Assembly: GCA_001643675.2 (NCBI GenBank)
Contig: LSRY02000010.1
Location: 310,001 to 374,000 of the forward strand
Source: Monocercomonoides exilis PA203
Lineage: Eukaryota > Protista > Preaxostyla
DNA: 64,000 bases
Direction: 5' to 3'
Positions 1 to 11,651 of the stretch are shown one piece after another (positions within the stretch are counted from its first letter, which is position 1; the number at the start of each line of letters is the position of its first letter). Below the pieces are notes generated by a model. It was not told where the DNA came from. It was given only the letters and a program-made list of their open reading frames with translations, and did no database searches. Position numbers and translations under genes: made by a program.

Positions 1-202
1 CTCCGAAATGAGCATAACTGAGTAAGTACCCATGCCACGTCGAAGGCGAAAGACTGGATTTGCACAGATCACATATATCCATTGGAAATCCTCTTGTTTG
101 CAAAACTCCTTTGAACCAGTGTTCTCCATTGATCGCTAAGGATTCATCAGTACAACTCGAAGCTTCCCTGGTGGCAGGCAAGCATCCATCCTCTTCATCC
201 AT
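1..202 (-). CDS. Tyrosine recombinase N-terminus (partial) of DIRS element #1
   Basis: Manual translation MDEEDGCLP...LQTRGFPMDICDLCKSSLSPSTWHGYLLSYAHFG overlaps the end of pol and resembles the S..ST...Y N-terminus of DIRS YRs. Confidence 0.6.
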   Translation of the reverse strand, partial: MDEEDGCLPATREASSCTDESLAINGEHWFKGVLQTRGFPMDICDLCKSSLSPSTWHGYLLSYAHFG

Positions 203-2124
203 GGTCCCGGGGTAAGAAGTTCGCTCTGGCTCTTCCACATCCATTCTATATGGGTCGTTCTTTTCAACAACGGCTCCCATATTTGTCCCTTCCAATCGGG
301 AAGAAGGAGAAGACCTCGAGCTCGTTCGAGAATCATTTTCCTGATTGTCGGAAGAATGAGAGGAATTGGAGGATGAGCAAGAACTGTCTCTCCTCGCCAA
401 GGCTGCTGCAGACCGTCTTCGTTTATCGGGCTTCCTGGCCCGCACCATCTGCTCACTTTCTTGTTTTGTTTTGTGGCGAAAGCGTCCAACGTTATGTTCA
501 ATCTCATCTTCGTTACAAGCTCCTTGAAGGATTCTTGCTTTATCTGATAGTCGCCTCCCCTTTCTAGCCTGGAAAGAGAATCGGCCCTTTCGTTTCTTTG
601 ACCGGGGATGTGTTGCGCTTTCACTTGAATCTGCATCGTGTGTGTTTGTTTCCAAATCTTCAATAGGAGTCTTCTCAAATTCGCTCCTGCCCGCCACCTG
701 TTCAGGTTGAACACCGATGTTGAGTTGTCCGATCTGATAAGTAGTTTGTGGATGCGATTGGATAACAGAATTGGGGAGAAGTGAGTTAGAGCTGACAAAA
801 TTGCGAACATCTCCCGATAGTTTGAACTTTGATTTCGTTGCCAATAGGGGAGTCTGAGATGAAAATCCAAAATACTGTTTCCGATTCTTAAATAAGCTCC
901 AACAGCTTTTCTGGAAGCATCCGTCGTAAGTGTTGCATCTGGAAGAAAGAGTGGGCACAGTTGTCTTGGCGTGTTGGTTTTCAACCTCGATATCCATTTG
1001 GTTAGATTGGGGAGAATGGACTGGTTGATCCTCATCTTCCCTCTCCATCCCACCATCGAAACCATTTTGTTTAAAGTGCGATAAAGATCTGAGAGAAACA
1101 GAGAAGCTTCTCGAACCACGAACCTTGTAGCGTTCAGCTTTCCAATGAACGCTGCAAGGTCTCTTACTCTCACTTCTTTCGCTCTGAGGGACCTCCTCCT
1201 CCATCTGGTACATTCCTTTATAAGTTCTTTCGTTCTCCTCATTTCCAGAGCCACATTGAACTTGTGCGTGTTCCACTCGAAACCCAAATAGGTGAAAGTT
1301 TGTGAGGGAATCAAATGACTCTTTTCTGTGTTTACCAGAAGACCAAGGCTTTCGAAAAGAGAAACGACTTTCTGAGTTATCCATTTTAATTTCTTTTGGT
1401 CTTGGTGAAGAAGAATAATATCGTCGAGGTACGCGATTGCTCTTACGTTCCATTGCTCCCGGATGAATTGTATCACCTTCCTCATGATTTTTGTAAAGAT
1501 TCTTGGAGAATCTTTGTATCCAAATGGCATTCCGTTGAAACAGTAGTAATTTTCGTTGAATTCGAACGCAAGAAACGGCTTGAAGTTGTCGTCCACTTTC
1601 ACTAAATAGTAGGCCTGGCTTAGGTCTAAAGTTGTTGCATAATCTCCTCTTGTTATAATTCGTTCTAGTGACCTGTAATCCTCCAGTTTGAAATGGATTG
1701 ACTTCGTTGCATTGTTCAACGCTCTGCAATCGATAATTTGTCTCCATCCCCCTTGTTTTTTCTTTATCACAAACACTGGATTTAAATGTTTCACCTTTCT
1801 TTTCTGTATTTTTTGTATTATGTTCGTTTCGAGCTGATTCTGGATCAGCTTTGCCATCGCTTTGGTTGCTTCCCCTGATTGATGGGGTCTGTATGTTTTT
1901 ATTTTTGAGTTTAGTAATTTCTCCCTGGCTATCCTGTTTTTCCAAATTGGAATGACGCCTCTTTTTACCAACTTCTCTCCATCTATCATTCTCCACGCTT
2001 CTCGAAAATATTCCGTTCTTCCTCCGACAATTGAAGGTGACTGGCTTAGTTGGTTCCCGTTCCCCTGGATCGCGTTTGAGAAGGACTTCTGCGGTATGTA
2101 TTTGAGGTTTTTCTCCCTGCCCAC
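136..2124 (-). CDS. DIRS pol: reverse transcriptase + RNase H + C-terminal Dam-like methyltransferase domain
   Basis: RT motifs WRQIIDCR, LDLSQAY, MPFG..SP, YLDD; RNase H motifs TDAS, SSNYRE, RSDN, NERADSLSR; MT-like LDAFAT...AHPP...LLLPDW. Confidence 0.93.
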   Translation of the reverse strand: MGREKNLKYIPQKSFSNAIQGNGNQLSQSPSIVGGRTEYFREAWRMIDGEKLVKRGVIPIWKNRIAREKLLNSKIKTYRPHQSGEATKAMAKLIQNQLETNIIQKIQKRKVKHLNPVFVIKKKQGGWRQIIDCRALNNATKSIHFKLEDYRSLERIITRGDYATTLDLSQAYYLVKVDDNFKPFLAFEFNENYYCFNGMPFGYKDSPRIFTKIMRKVIQFIREQWNVRAIAYLDDIILLHQDQKKLKWITQKVVSLFESLGLLVNTEKSHLIPSQTFTYLGFEWNTHKFNVALEMRRTKELIKECTRWRRRSLRAKEVRVRDLAAFIGKLNATRFVVREASLFLSDLYRTLNKMVSMVGWRGKMRINQSILPNLTKWISRLKTNTPRQLCPLFLPDATLTTDASRKAVGAYLRIGNSILDFHLRLPYWQRNQSSNYREMFAILSALTHFSPILLSNRIHKLLIRSDNSTSVFNLNRWRAGANLRRLLLKIWKQTHTMQIQVKAQHIPGQRNERADSLSRLERGGDYQIKQESFKELVTKMRLNITLDAFATKQNKKVSRWCGPGSPINEDGLQQPWRGETVLAHPPIPLILPTIRKMILERARGLLLLPDWKGQIWEPLLKRTTHIEWMWKSQSELLTPGPWMKRMDACLPPGKLRVVLMNP

Positions 2125-2885
2125 GACCGGGGACCCGAACGAAAAAACTGAGGGCGTTGGTAGCTTTCATGTTTTCCATATCTGCTTTTGCCAAAGGATT
2201 TGGAATTAAATGAGAACGAAGTCCATCTTTTCGCTGTTGATTGTGAGGTTTTCCTGACCTCTTCCAATAAATCACTTTGCCTTTTCGTTAGGAGCGGTGA
2301 TGCTGAATCCTCTTTCATTCTCGCTGCTTCGGTAAATCCAAATCTCGCTTGGATGCGAGCGTTTCTGGCTTCTTTCAAGGCTTGTGCAATCAGTAAACAT
2401 GCTTGCGCTACGGCACTCTGAGCTTCATCATCTTTTGTTTTCGTATGGGCAAATAAAATAAGTTTCATTGCGGGGTAAAGAAACGTCTCACATCTTTCTC
2501 CTGCTTGATCTAAGGCGTCTTTGTACGGACTGGTAGTCCTTACAAAAGGTGGAGGCGCATTAGGGAGGAAAGGGGATAAATCTTCTGTCTTCAACGAAGC
2601 AACCAAGTCATTTATCTCCTGTTCCGGTAATGGAAGATCATATAACGATAATTCCGGTGGTCTACCAAAAATTTTAAGAAACGAATTTTCCAGTGGAATT
2701 TCTTCTTCTTTTTCTTCGCCAAGGGTGGTAGAAGGTGGGGAGAGTGAGGATGAAAAAGAAGAAGGTTGGGAAGAGGAAAAGGGTCCGGGAAATGTCGGAA
2801 ACCCGCTTGTTGGACCACCAGGCAGCGCAGCTGCGCTCGGTTCGGCCGCAAGTCCTGTTCCCAGAGGATTGTTAGGGATCATCAT
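2046..2885 (-). CDS. gag-like ORF1 of DIRS element #1
   Basis: 279-aa ORF upstream of and overlapping pol; Pro/Ser-rich N-terminus, helical core, basic C-terminus. Confidence 0.7.
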   Translation of the reverse strand: MMIPNNPLGTGLAAEPSAAALPGGPTSGFPTFPGPFSSSQPSSFSSSLSPPSTTLGEEKEEEIPLENSFLKIFGRPPELSLYDLPLPEQEINDLVASLKTEDLSPFLPNAPPPFVRTTSPYKDALDQAGERCETFLYPAMKLILFAHTKTKDDEAQSAVAQACLLIAQALKEARNARIQARFGFTEAARMKEDSASPLLTKRQSDLLEEVRKTSQSTAKRWTSFSFNSKSFGKSRYGKHESYQRPQFFRSGPRSWAGRKTSNTYRRSPSQTRSRGTGTN

Positions 2886-2956
2886 TTTTAGATCAGTGAT
2901 CGTGACTGACCCTTAAGTGATGATCTCTCGTAAATAGAAGAGAAGGAAGTGAGAGA

Positions 2957-5900
2957 ATGTTTTCTTTTAAATCAAAGTGCTTGCGCTTTGATTGTGTATT
3001 TGTGGATATGATTGGAGGAAATGTGGAAGTGAATGATTTGTCGGTTGAATCATGCAATGTTGGAAACAGCATGTTTATCATTCATGATGCTGGAATTACT
3101 TGCCATTTTACTAATGTTCGAGTGGAATCGTTGAATGAAAGCAGGGGATGCATTTTGTCAATCAAGAAATCTGAAGCAGGATTGAAGATAAATGAAGGAG
3201 GTGAAGAATGTGTAAATATTGAGATTGAGAAATCATCATTTTCAGGAGTGAAGAGAAGTGACAATGGGACAAGCATTTTGGAGTCAAAGAGTGAGAATAA
3301 GATATGTTTGGTTGTGAATTCGAGCAACATCACAGAAGATAAAGCAGAATCAAGTGAAAAAGGAGGGGCGATATTCTTCACATTTGGCAGCTCTGGATCA
3401 ATGAAGATGATTGACTCAACAATCAGTCATTGCAGCTGCAGCAACAGCACAGGGAGAGGAGGAGGAGTGTATTTGGCAACAAAGGAAAGAGGAGAATTGG
3501 ATTTCACTTTTGAGGGAATGAAATTCAGCAACAACGAGGCAAGAGTGGGGAATGATATTTTCATTGAATGTTTCAACATCACATTGCAGATCAATGAAAG
3601 CCAATTCCAGTTTGATCTTCATGAAGGCCACTTCAATCGTTACAATGCAATATATGGGAGAGATGAGTGTGATTATCCCACTGATACAGATCTGATTGGA
3701 TTTGTGACGATCCATCAGAGTGACACAATCATTGTCAGCAGTGTGAATGGATCGAATGAGAGGCAATGTGGAACAAACACGCTTCCATGTTATTCAATTG
3801 ATTATGGACTGATGCATCTGACTTCAGATTTCTTGAGCCAAATGATTGTTGTTGAAGAAGGTGTAATAGGAGGAGTATTTGATCTGAAGGAAATGAGTTT
3901 GATTTCGAAGAGCAGGGAGATGTGTGAAGTTGAAGTGAAATCAAGTATTGAAAAAAGAAAGGATTCTTTGATTTCAACAAGAGAAACAGTCTCGTTGATG
4001 AGAGTGATTTTTGCGTTTGATTCGAACTTCATCTCTTCACATGAATCGTTGATATCACCAGAAGGAGGCATTCTTGAGATAATAAATTGTTCTTTTTCAT
4101 CAAAACAACTGATGGAAGGAGTTAATGCAGAATTTGCTTGCATTCCATTTCACATTTTTGATATAGAAAAAGGAGAAATACAACTTGATGGATGTGCAAT
4201 ATCAAATCTCATTCTTCAAGAATCAGCATTGTTTCTTTCATCTCCTCTTCCATCAGTAATTGATTCATTAACGATTTTCAATTCAACAATTAAAACTTCC
4301 CTGATAAATATAAACGAATGTGGACAATTAACAATAAAGGATTTCAAAACAGAAAATATTTCAATTGAAGGAAATGAAAAATCATTAGTATCATGCTTGT
4401 CAATGAAAAAGGCAATTCAATTGGCAAATTGTACAATAGGTGGAGTCAGTTCAAAGACCACAAAAGGGAAATTGATGAAAGTGGAGGATTGTTTGGATGT
4501 GAAAATGGACAGTTGTGTTTTTGATGGGAGTTCAAAGGAAAGAAATGAAAAGAATTCAAAAACAGAAGAAGAGATATGCATATGGGAAGGATCTCTTGTT
4601 GATGTTGTGAAGAGTTCTGTTTTGATGAAAGACACAACAATATCGAATTCACCAGAAGGTGGAATAACAATGAGTGGAGGGTCGGTAACTGTTAATGATG
4701 GAAGATTTGAGAACAATAATCCAAATATTGAAGGATATCCATCATTGAGAAGAAATATAATCTGTTCAGATTCAGGAACATTGAATGTGATGTGTTTGAA
4801 AGGAGGAGATGGATTGAAGGATAATTCTTCACTTTGGATGTTGAATGATGTGTGCAATTTTGAAGGGATTGCTTCAGAGAGAGATTCATCATTCTTCATT
4901 CCTGTGTTAAAGAGTGTGGAAGCAAAGGAAGAGACAGATAGAATGAAGCTGATATTCAAAGGATTGCTTCTTGTTCCATGCAATCTGTCATTTTCAGTTG
5001 TAATGAGAAAAGGAGAAGAGAAAGAGATTGAACAACATGATTTTGATTCAAATGGATTCTTGTCAGAAAGAGAAGTTGAAGGAAGTGTGGCAAAAGATCT
5101 CATCAACAGTTGTGGAGATGAAATAGAAGTGAGTGTTTGTGTTTTGTTTGGGAATGAAGAATCTCCATCATCGACTAATTCTCTTATTTTGAAGAACAGA
5201 AGTGAGCCCAAAACTAATAGAGATGAAAGGATTTCCGAGGGAAGGAAAGAAGGAAAATCATGGGCTTTTATAATTGCAGTTATATTTGTTGTTTTGTTCT
5301 TAATTGTTTTTATTGTGTCCGTTATTCTGGCTGTTCGATGGAAGAAGCAAAAGAGACGAACAAAGGAATTGGAGGAGATAGTTAATGATACAGTGAGGAA
5401 GGATCCGAAGGCATTTGAGATGGTGACGATGGAGATGTCTCCAGAGGAGCAGTGGAGGAGAGCTGAGAGAGAGGCAGAGAAGAAGAATTGTGAGAGAAAA
5501 AAAAAAGTATGTGAGAAAAGTTTGGCACATTCGGAGTCTGAAGAGCATCTTCTATCTGAGAGTGGCTCGACAGAATACATTCTGGGAAAGGACTCAGATA
5601 AGATCCCTGATTGGGCATTGGAGAAGGTTGATGATGAAGAAGAGATAAGGAAGAGAACTCCATCACCATCCATTTCATCCACTTCAACAACAGACACTTC
5701 AGACACAGACACAACATTTGTTCGAACAGAAAGCCTGTGCCCCACCACCTCATCCATGTCTAACTTGGTGGATGCAATGGCCTGTTCATCGCCTCACGAG
5801 AAGCTGATTGTGGATCTGAGAGATTCTCTGTTCATGCTGCTTCATGGGAGAAATGAGAAAAAAGAGATGGCGATAGGCACTCTGCAGGAGAGAGAAGTGA

Positions 5901-6622
5901 CAGCTGCCCAAATCCTGTTCTGGGTGGCGAATGGAGCTCTTCATTCATTTGACGAGATGGAAATTCCACTTCAATCTTTGGCCAATCTCAGTCCGCACAT
6001 TGTGCTGTTTTCTGAACATATGGTCATCTGCATTGCCATGCACTCGGAGTGTTCTTCATCTGATGATTCCTATTCATCGTCCATCATATCATCCTCTTCT
6101 GATTGTTCGTCTATGAGCGATGATGATAGTGACTCTCTTCCCTCATCAGCCTTTGAAGATGAGGATGACAACATGAAGGAGTGTTTGAGGTGGAAGGCAC
6201 CAGAGCTGCTGATGAACAAAAATATGGGAGCAACAAAGAAGTCAGTGGTATTTTCGATTGGGATGATGCTGTGGGAGTGCCTGACATTGAAGGTGCCATT
6301 TGGAGATTATGAGGCAGTGATTGCAGGTCAGAAGATAATGAATGGGGAGAGGCCGTTCCTATCAGAAGTGAGCGAGAGCAGTTTTTGCGAACTTGTGAAA
6401 GGGTGTTTTTGGCAGGAGGCGAACGAGAGAATTGGGCTAGAGAGTGTGAAGCGGGAGTGTGTGGGGCACTTTCCGAAAGAGAAGCTGATCATGACGATAT
6501 CTGATGGGATTTATATCCAGAACGGGAGGATTGTCAGAAGAAGCTATATTGAGAGTGGAGATGAGGAATCAGAAGAGAGACAAACAATCAAAATCGTTTT
6601 GCCAGGAAAAATTGTTGAATGA
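2957..6622 (+). CDS. 5'-truncated single-pass receptor with beta-helix/Cys-motif ectodomain and degenerate TKL-like kinase (pseudokinase)
   Basis: GGAIFF/GGGVYL repeats, CG..LPC module, TM WAFIIAVIFVVLFLIVFIVSVILAV, kinase C-lobe motifs LRWKAPEL and VFSIGMMLWECLT..VPF; no signal peptide; paralog of 50338-59475. Confidence 0.8.
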   Translation: MFSFKSKCLRFDCVFVDMIGGNVEVNDLSVESCNVGNSMFIIHDAGITCHFTNVRVESLNESRGCILSIKKSEAGLKINEGGEECVNIEIEKSSFSGVKRSDNGTSILESKSENKICLVVNSSNITEDKAESSEKGGAIFFTFGSSGSMKMIDSTISHCSCSNSTGRGGGVYLATKERGELDFTFEGMKFSNNEARVGNDIFIECFNITLQINESQFQFDLHEGHFNRYNAIYGRDECDYPTDTDLIGFVTIHQSDTIIVSSVNGSNERQCGTNTLPCYSIDYGLMHLTSDFLSQMIVVEEGVIGGVFDLKEMSLISKSREMCEVEVKSSIEKRKDSLISTRETVSLMRVIFAFDSNFISSHESLISPEGGILEIINCSFSSKQLMEGVNAEFACIPFHIFDIEKGEIQLDGCAISNLILQESALFLSSPLPSVIDSLTIFNSTIKTSLININECGQLTIKDFKTENISIEGNEKSLVSCLSMKKAIQLANCTIGGVSSKTTKGKLMKVEDCLDVKMDSCVFDGSSKERNEKNSKTEEEICIWEGSLVDVVKSSVLMKDTTISNSPEGGITMSGGSVTVNDGRFENNNPNIEGYPSLRRNIICSDSGTLNVMCLKGGDGLKDNSSLWMLNDVCNFEGIASERDSSFFIPVLKSVEAKEETDRMKLIFKGLLLVPCNLSFSVVMRKGEEKEIEQHDFDSNGFLSEREVEGSVAKDLINSCGDEIEVSVCVLFGNEESPSSTNSLILKNRSEPKTNRDERISEGRKEGKSWAFIIAVIFVVLFLIVFIVSVILAVRWKKQKRRTKELEEIVNDTVRKDPKAFEMVTMEMSPEEQWRRAEREAEKKNCERKKKVCEKSLAHSESEEHLLSESGSTEYILGKDSDKIPDWALEKVDDEEEIRKRTPSPSISSTSTTDTSDTDTTFVRTESLCPTTSSMSNLVDAMACSSPHEKLIVDLRDSLFMLLHGRNEKKEMAIGTLQEREVTAAQILFWVANGALHSFDEMEIPLQSLANLSPHIVLFSEHMVICIAMHSECSSSDDSYSSSIISSSSDCSSMSDDDSDSLPSSAFEDEDDNMKECLRWKAPELLMNKNMGATKKSVVFSIGMMLWECLTLKVPFGDYEAVIAGQKIMNGERPFLSEVSESSFCELVKGCFWQEANERIGLESVKRECVGHFPKEKLIMTISDGIYIQNGRIVRRSYIESGDEESEERQTIKIVLPGKIVE

Positions 6623-7959
6623 ATGTGAAACGAATAACACTTTTTGTGATAAATCTTTTTTTTCTTGTATTATTCAATTCATGTGTGTATTTATGTTTAT
6701 GTTTATGTTTCTATCAATATTTATTTATCCATTATGATATGTAGTTTATTATGTTTTCTGTATGCATGTTATGTTTGTTATGTATTGTATGTGTTTTTCT
6801 GTTCAATAGAAATGTTTCATTTCACACAAAAGCAAAGAATCCATTTCACAATTAAATCGTTTTTTGTTGAATTCCGTTTTTTGTTCATCATAGGTATTTA
6901 ATATTTATCTCACTTTTTTTGTCTCAATTTTGCCTTCTCTTTATACGAGTTTTGTCGTGTTGATAAAAATAATTTTTCTAATTAATTTGAGAAATTCGTT
7001 CAATTCACTTTCATGCAAATAGATAATTATTGAAAAGATGAAAGGAGGCAAATGCAACAAGTGTTAATTTCACCAGATTATGAAAAAGATTCAATTTTTA
7101 CTTATTTTTTCATTCAGTCCAAATGTGAATATTTGAAAACAAACAGTTGAAAGTGCAAAATTCATTTTCAAAATTCGTGAAATCAACTTCAAATAATCAT
7201 TATCCTTATTTTTCGAAGATTATCATTTTGATATTTGCAATCAAAACTTCATTCTCTTTGGCAAATAAGAAGTTTTTCTTTTTTCAATATGAAAGTCCAT
7301 CATCCAGGATATTTCCAATAAACAAAAGATTATGATAAATACAATGGTTTTTTCAAACAGTTATTATTAAAAAATAAAGAAAATCAAATCAAGAAAAGAA
7401 AACAGAGAATATCCACAACTGACAAAATCAAAACAATCTTGGTATTTCGCTAAAACTTTTCTCTTGTTCCACTTTTGATAATCGGACTCTTCCCTTTCTT
7501 ATCTCCTCTTCTCTTTAGTGTCTGAAGCTACTGTTCTGCACTTGTCTCACACAGAAAAATATTTGATAAAAAAAGATCAAAGCCTTTTAACTTCAAGTGT
7601 TAAAATTATTTCTTTAGCTAAAATCAGAAATTGTTCAATTTTAATAACCGAATGGAAACATCTTTTATTTTTTGATTTTTCACAAAAGGCAAAGCGCGAA
7701 ATAATAGAAATCATTATTTTTCTTTTCAAAATGCATCATTTTTCAATTTTAGAAATTCATAAAAAGTGTGTTTTATTCACAGGATTTTTTTTAAAACCCG
7801 AACATTTTTATTTTCTATTAATTCGCAATAGAGCGAATCAACAAACGCAAGGAGTAGGTTTGCTCCTCGATAATGAGTATTAATTTAAAGTATGTGTGGT
7901 TTTAGATCAAAACTTCGCCAATACTCACTTTTTCTAGAACATCATTGTCCGCAATCGGA

Positions 7960-9058
7960 ATGGAACAAAAACCTGTTCGACTATCAAACAGCGACAGCGA
8001 GGGAATGGATTTTGACCTGATGTGGAGAATAAAGAGAGAAGAAAGTTTGATGGAAGAATTCGCTAGGAGCAAAACATGGCCAATGCAGTCTGGAGCTGCA
8101 AAGATGATACCAATGAAAAAGGAGAAGAAAGAACGACTTTAATGAAGAAGCAGATCAAGATCGAGCGAGTCTGAGTCGGATGCAAATTTTTTTGATGTGA
8201 TCGCGAGAGGGAAACAAGGAAAGCGAGAGAGAGGACGTCGAACATATAACCGAACGAAGAGACTGGAGTACGAAGAGGATAACGACTGGGATTCGGAAGA
8301 GCAGGAACGGCAGGAAGAAAAGGAAGGAACAAAAGACTTTACCAAAATTTTTCCCAGGGAGTAGTTTACACCTCGAAGACAGGCTGGCGAGTTGAGGAAG
8401 TTCATTGAGTTTTGTGAAGCTGGCTCGATAAGAATGAGCGAGGACATATTAAATACATTTATTCCGGAGAGTGAGAAGGAGTTTTTTGCAGGTCACACGG
8501 ACGCAAGCTGGAATGAGCTGGCCAGAACAGCCATCACAACAAAGGGGAGAAGAGACTCACCAGAAGCGAGCCGAGCAATCGAACTCCTCCAGCCTGCCCT
8601 AGAATCGGGCTTTGAAGCAGCGAAAGTGATCGCAGCACTAACAGTAAAAGAACAAGGGAAGGCGCACCTCATGCAAGAAGAGAAAGAACGACTGAGAAAA
8701 CTCTTTTGCGCCTGTGCACTTATTGCCGACTGTATCAGCAGAATAGACCTACTGAATGTTATGCACCAATCGGGCTGGGAAACCGCGAAAGGCTTTTTGG
8801 AAGGAGGAATGTCCAAGGATGTTCCAAAGAATCTCAAAAAGTTGGAATAGAGCACCAGCTTTTTTCAAGCAGAGGGAGATGCAACAGGATACGTTGCATC
8901 TCCCGACTCCTCAACAGGTTTCGGGCCTGCAACGGCCAGAAATGGGTCCCCGAGAAGATATAGTTCGGGAAGGAGCACCTAGGGATTTGTCCACAGACAA
9001 CTCCAGAGAAGGGGATACGGAAGGACCTTCATGGACTTTAAGGGAAAAAAGATTATGA
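7960..9058 (+). pseudogene. gag-like ORF1 remnant of DIRS #2
   Basis: Broken ORF pieces (7945-8142, 8392-8850) in the gag position with in-frame stops. Confidence 0.55.
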
Positions 9059-9523
9059 TCCAGTTCCAAGCACAGAATGTCCCAACCATCGCTGGGAGGC
9101 CAGTCCAAATCACTGGACCATTGCCCCCAGCTCCACCAAGGACTCAATGGGGGACAGCTATGGAATCGACTCTCGGAATGAGCAAATGGGTTCAGGAGAA
9201 AGGAGGAAGAGAGGAGAGAGAGTTGAGAGAGAAGCGAGAGAGAGTCAAGTTCCGGCGAAGTGACTATACAACAAGAAACCATAGCTCCTGGCGAGATGAG
9301 ATCAGAGACGGAAGTGTCGAAACAATACGTGAATATCGGAGAGGTTGTGAGCTTGTTAGACCAAGAGAAGGAGAGAGATCGAGAAAAGAGGAGAAATCAA
9401 TGAATCTCGAGAGACCACGAGATGGGAACAGGGAGAGAGAACACAGAAGAAGACTCCGTATATCCCCGCAAGACAAAACAGAAGAACGAACGGAGATAAG
9501 AGAAGGAGGAAGAGAAGAGAGTC

Positions 9524-11651
9524 TTGAGAGCTTTTGGGACTGCTATCGAGTCCCCAATTGGGAGCGCCCTGAAAGTGAGCTCGAGGATAGTCATTGCAGT
9601 AATTCTCGAAGGAGGAGAGGGTACACAGATGCAGTATGGCCACAAGACGCCAGGGGTGAGGGAGAGTATAGTGATTGGACCACCGAGGGAGTCACTTCCT
9701 GGGAGACTAGCAGACAGGCTGAGCGAGTGGAAGAAGGTTGGGGGAGACAAACCAGTGATCCGTGGTATAAGAGCTTTGTGGAGAAGCCCCCTGTCTCCAA
9801 GCTCACTCGAGGAAAGAAAACACAGGCAGGAGTTTCGAGGGACGAAGGAGATGACGAACAATTATTTATCCCTCTTGGAGGAGGAATTGAAGAACGGAGT
9901 GGTGAAGTCCGCGTCTGAGTCGGAGGTGAAGTGGTTCAACCCGACATTCATGGTGCGAAAGAAGAGCGGGAAGTGGAGAAAGATACTAGACTGCAGAGCT
10001 CGAAACGAGGAAGTGCAGGGAAAACACTTCAAGATGAACACCCAGGAGGCAGTGGTGGAACTCCTTGAGAAGAACGACTGGATGACAACTCTGGACATAT
10101 CGAGTGCATACCAGCATGTCAAAGTGGAGGAGCAATTCAGTCCCTATCTGTGCTTCAGCTTTCAAAATCAAGCTTATGCTTACGTAGGGATGCCCTTTGG
10201 AGCAAAGGACGCACCCAGAGTTTTCACGAAGATAATGAGACGGGCGGCGTCATATATCAGAGAGAAGTGGAAAGTGTAGCTAGTAATGCACCTGTAAGAT
10301 ATTTTCCTCATGCACCCAGACAGGGATGCATTGAGATTGATCTCACAGGAGATTGCCCAGTTCCTGAGGAATCTGTGTTGGATACTGTTGGAAGAGAAAC
10401 TGAACTTGGAACCCACAAGGAGTGTGGAGTTTCTGGGATGGCTGTGGAATTCAGAGAAGATGGAAGTTACGTTCCAAGAGAGGAAGAGAGTACCGCTGCT
10501 AGAAGACGTGCGAACTTGGATAGCACTGGCAAAGAAAAGGAGGATACAAAAAACGAGAGATTTAGCAGCACTCCTCTGGAGATTGAATTTTGTGATGTTC
10601 CAACACCCACCAGCGAGCTTGTGGATGAAGCGCATGCAATACGTGCTGAGGCAGGCAATAGCCCGCTGGGGCTGGAATGGAACGGTAATTGCCAACCCAA
10701 TGATGTGGGGAGAATGCACATTAAAGAAACATCCTGCAAGAAAACAGACAAAGGAGCCTGAAGAAGAGAACAACGCCAGCAGAACTAACAACGGACGCGT
10801 CAGAGCTGGGATTGTGTGCAGTGTTAACAATACCGAGGGAGAACAAAGAGGAGAAGATATATGTCCACGGAAGTTGGACCCTCCAGGAGAGAGCGTTAGC
10901 GATTAGCGAGAAGGAGTCCAGAGCAGTGTTGAGGACACAAGAGAGAAAGGGAGCGTAGCTGCAACAACAGAGGATAGACCATATTCGTCTGAAGACAGAC
11001 AATATGTCCACAAGATGGACAATACAGAAGAAGAGGGGAGCGCCATCGCTCATTCCAACACTGAGAGCACTAGAGAAGAAACTGAACAGCCTGGACATTA
11101 CAATACAGACGGAACATCTCCCGGGAGAGCAGAACACGGAAGCAGATGCACTCAGCCGGATGGCAAAAAAGCCGGATTATGCACTGAGGGGGAAGAAAGT
11201 CGCAGAGATAGTACAAACAATCGCACCGAAAATACTAGATATAATTTCAGAACAGATTGCACCGGTACCCTGCGGAAGTGCTTGGAGACTATCCTCTCTG
11301 AGGAGGAGGAGAGAGAGAGAAATGCCAAGAGGCGAGATAGTTCTAGTCCACCCGTTCCTGAGAAATATTGGACGGGTGTTGAAAGAGAAGATGAACGAAT
11401 CTCAGAGGGATCTGACGATTCTGATTCTGCTAGCCTGGCGGGGGCAGACCTGGACCCCGCTACTGCAGCCTGGGCATTTGACAAAGACCCTGGGGACTTA
11501 TCAGGAGTGCATGATTCCGGGAGCGAGAATGAGAAGGGAAGGCTGGAAATTACCCCCAGGAGAGGTAATAGGCATCACACTGAAGAAGAGAATATCCAAT
11601 GATGGGACCTCTTTCAAGCATGGGGAGAACACATTGGAGCAAGAGATATAG
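9524..11651 (+). pseudogene. pol (RT/RNase H/MT) remnant of DIRS #2
   Basis: WRKILDCR, LDISSAY, MPFGAKDAP; the YxDD position is broken by a stop near 10295; HLPGEQNTEADALSR; degenerate VLVHP...LAWRGQTW. Confidence 0.88.

Larger units (their letters stand above)
1..2915 (-). mobile_element. DIRS-type tyrosine-recombinase retrotransposon #1 (gag, RT/RNaseH/MT, start of YR); runs off the window start
   Basis: Overlapping gag-like, pol and YR-like ORFs on the minus strand, with uninterrupted frames. The 5' boundary near 2915-2923 is approximate. Confidence 0.88.
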
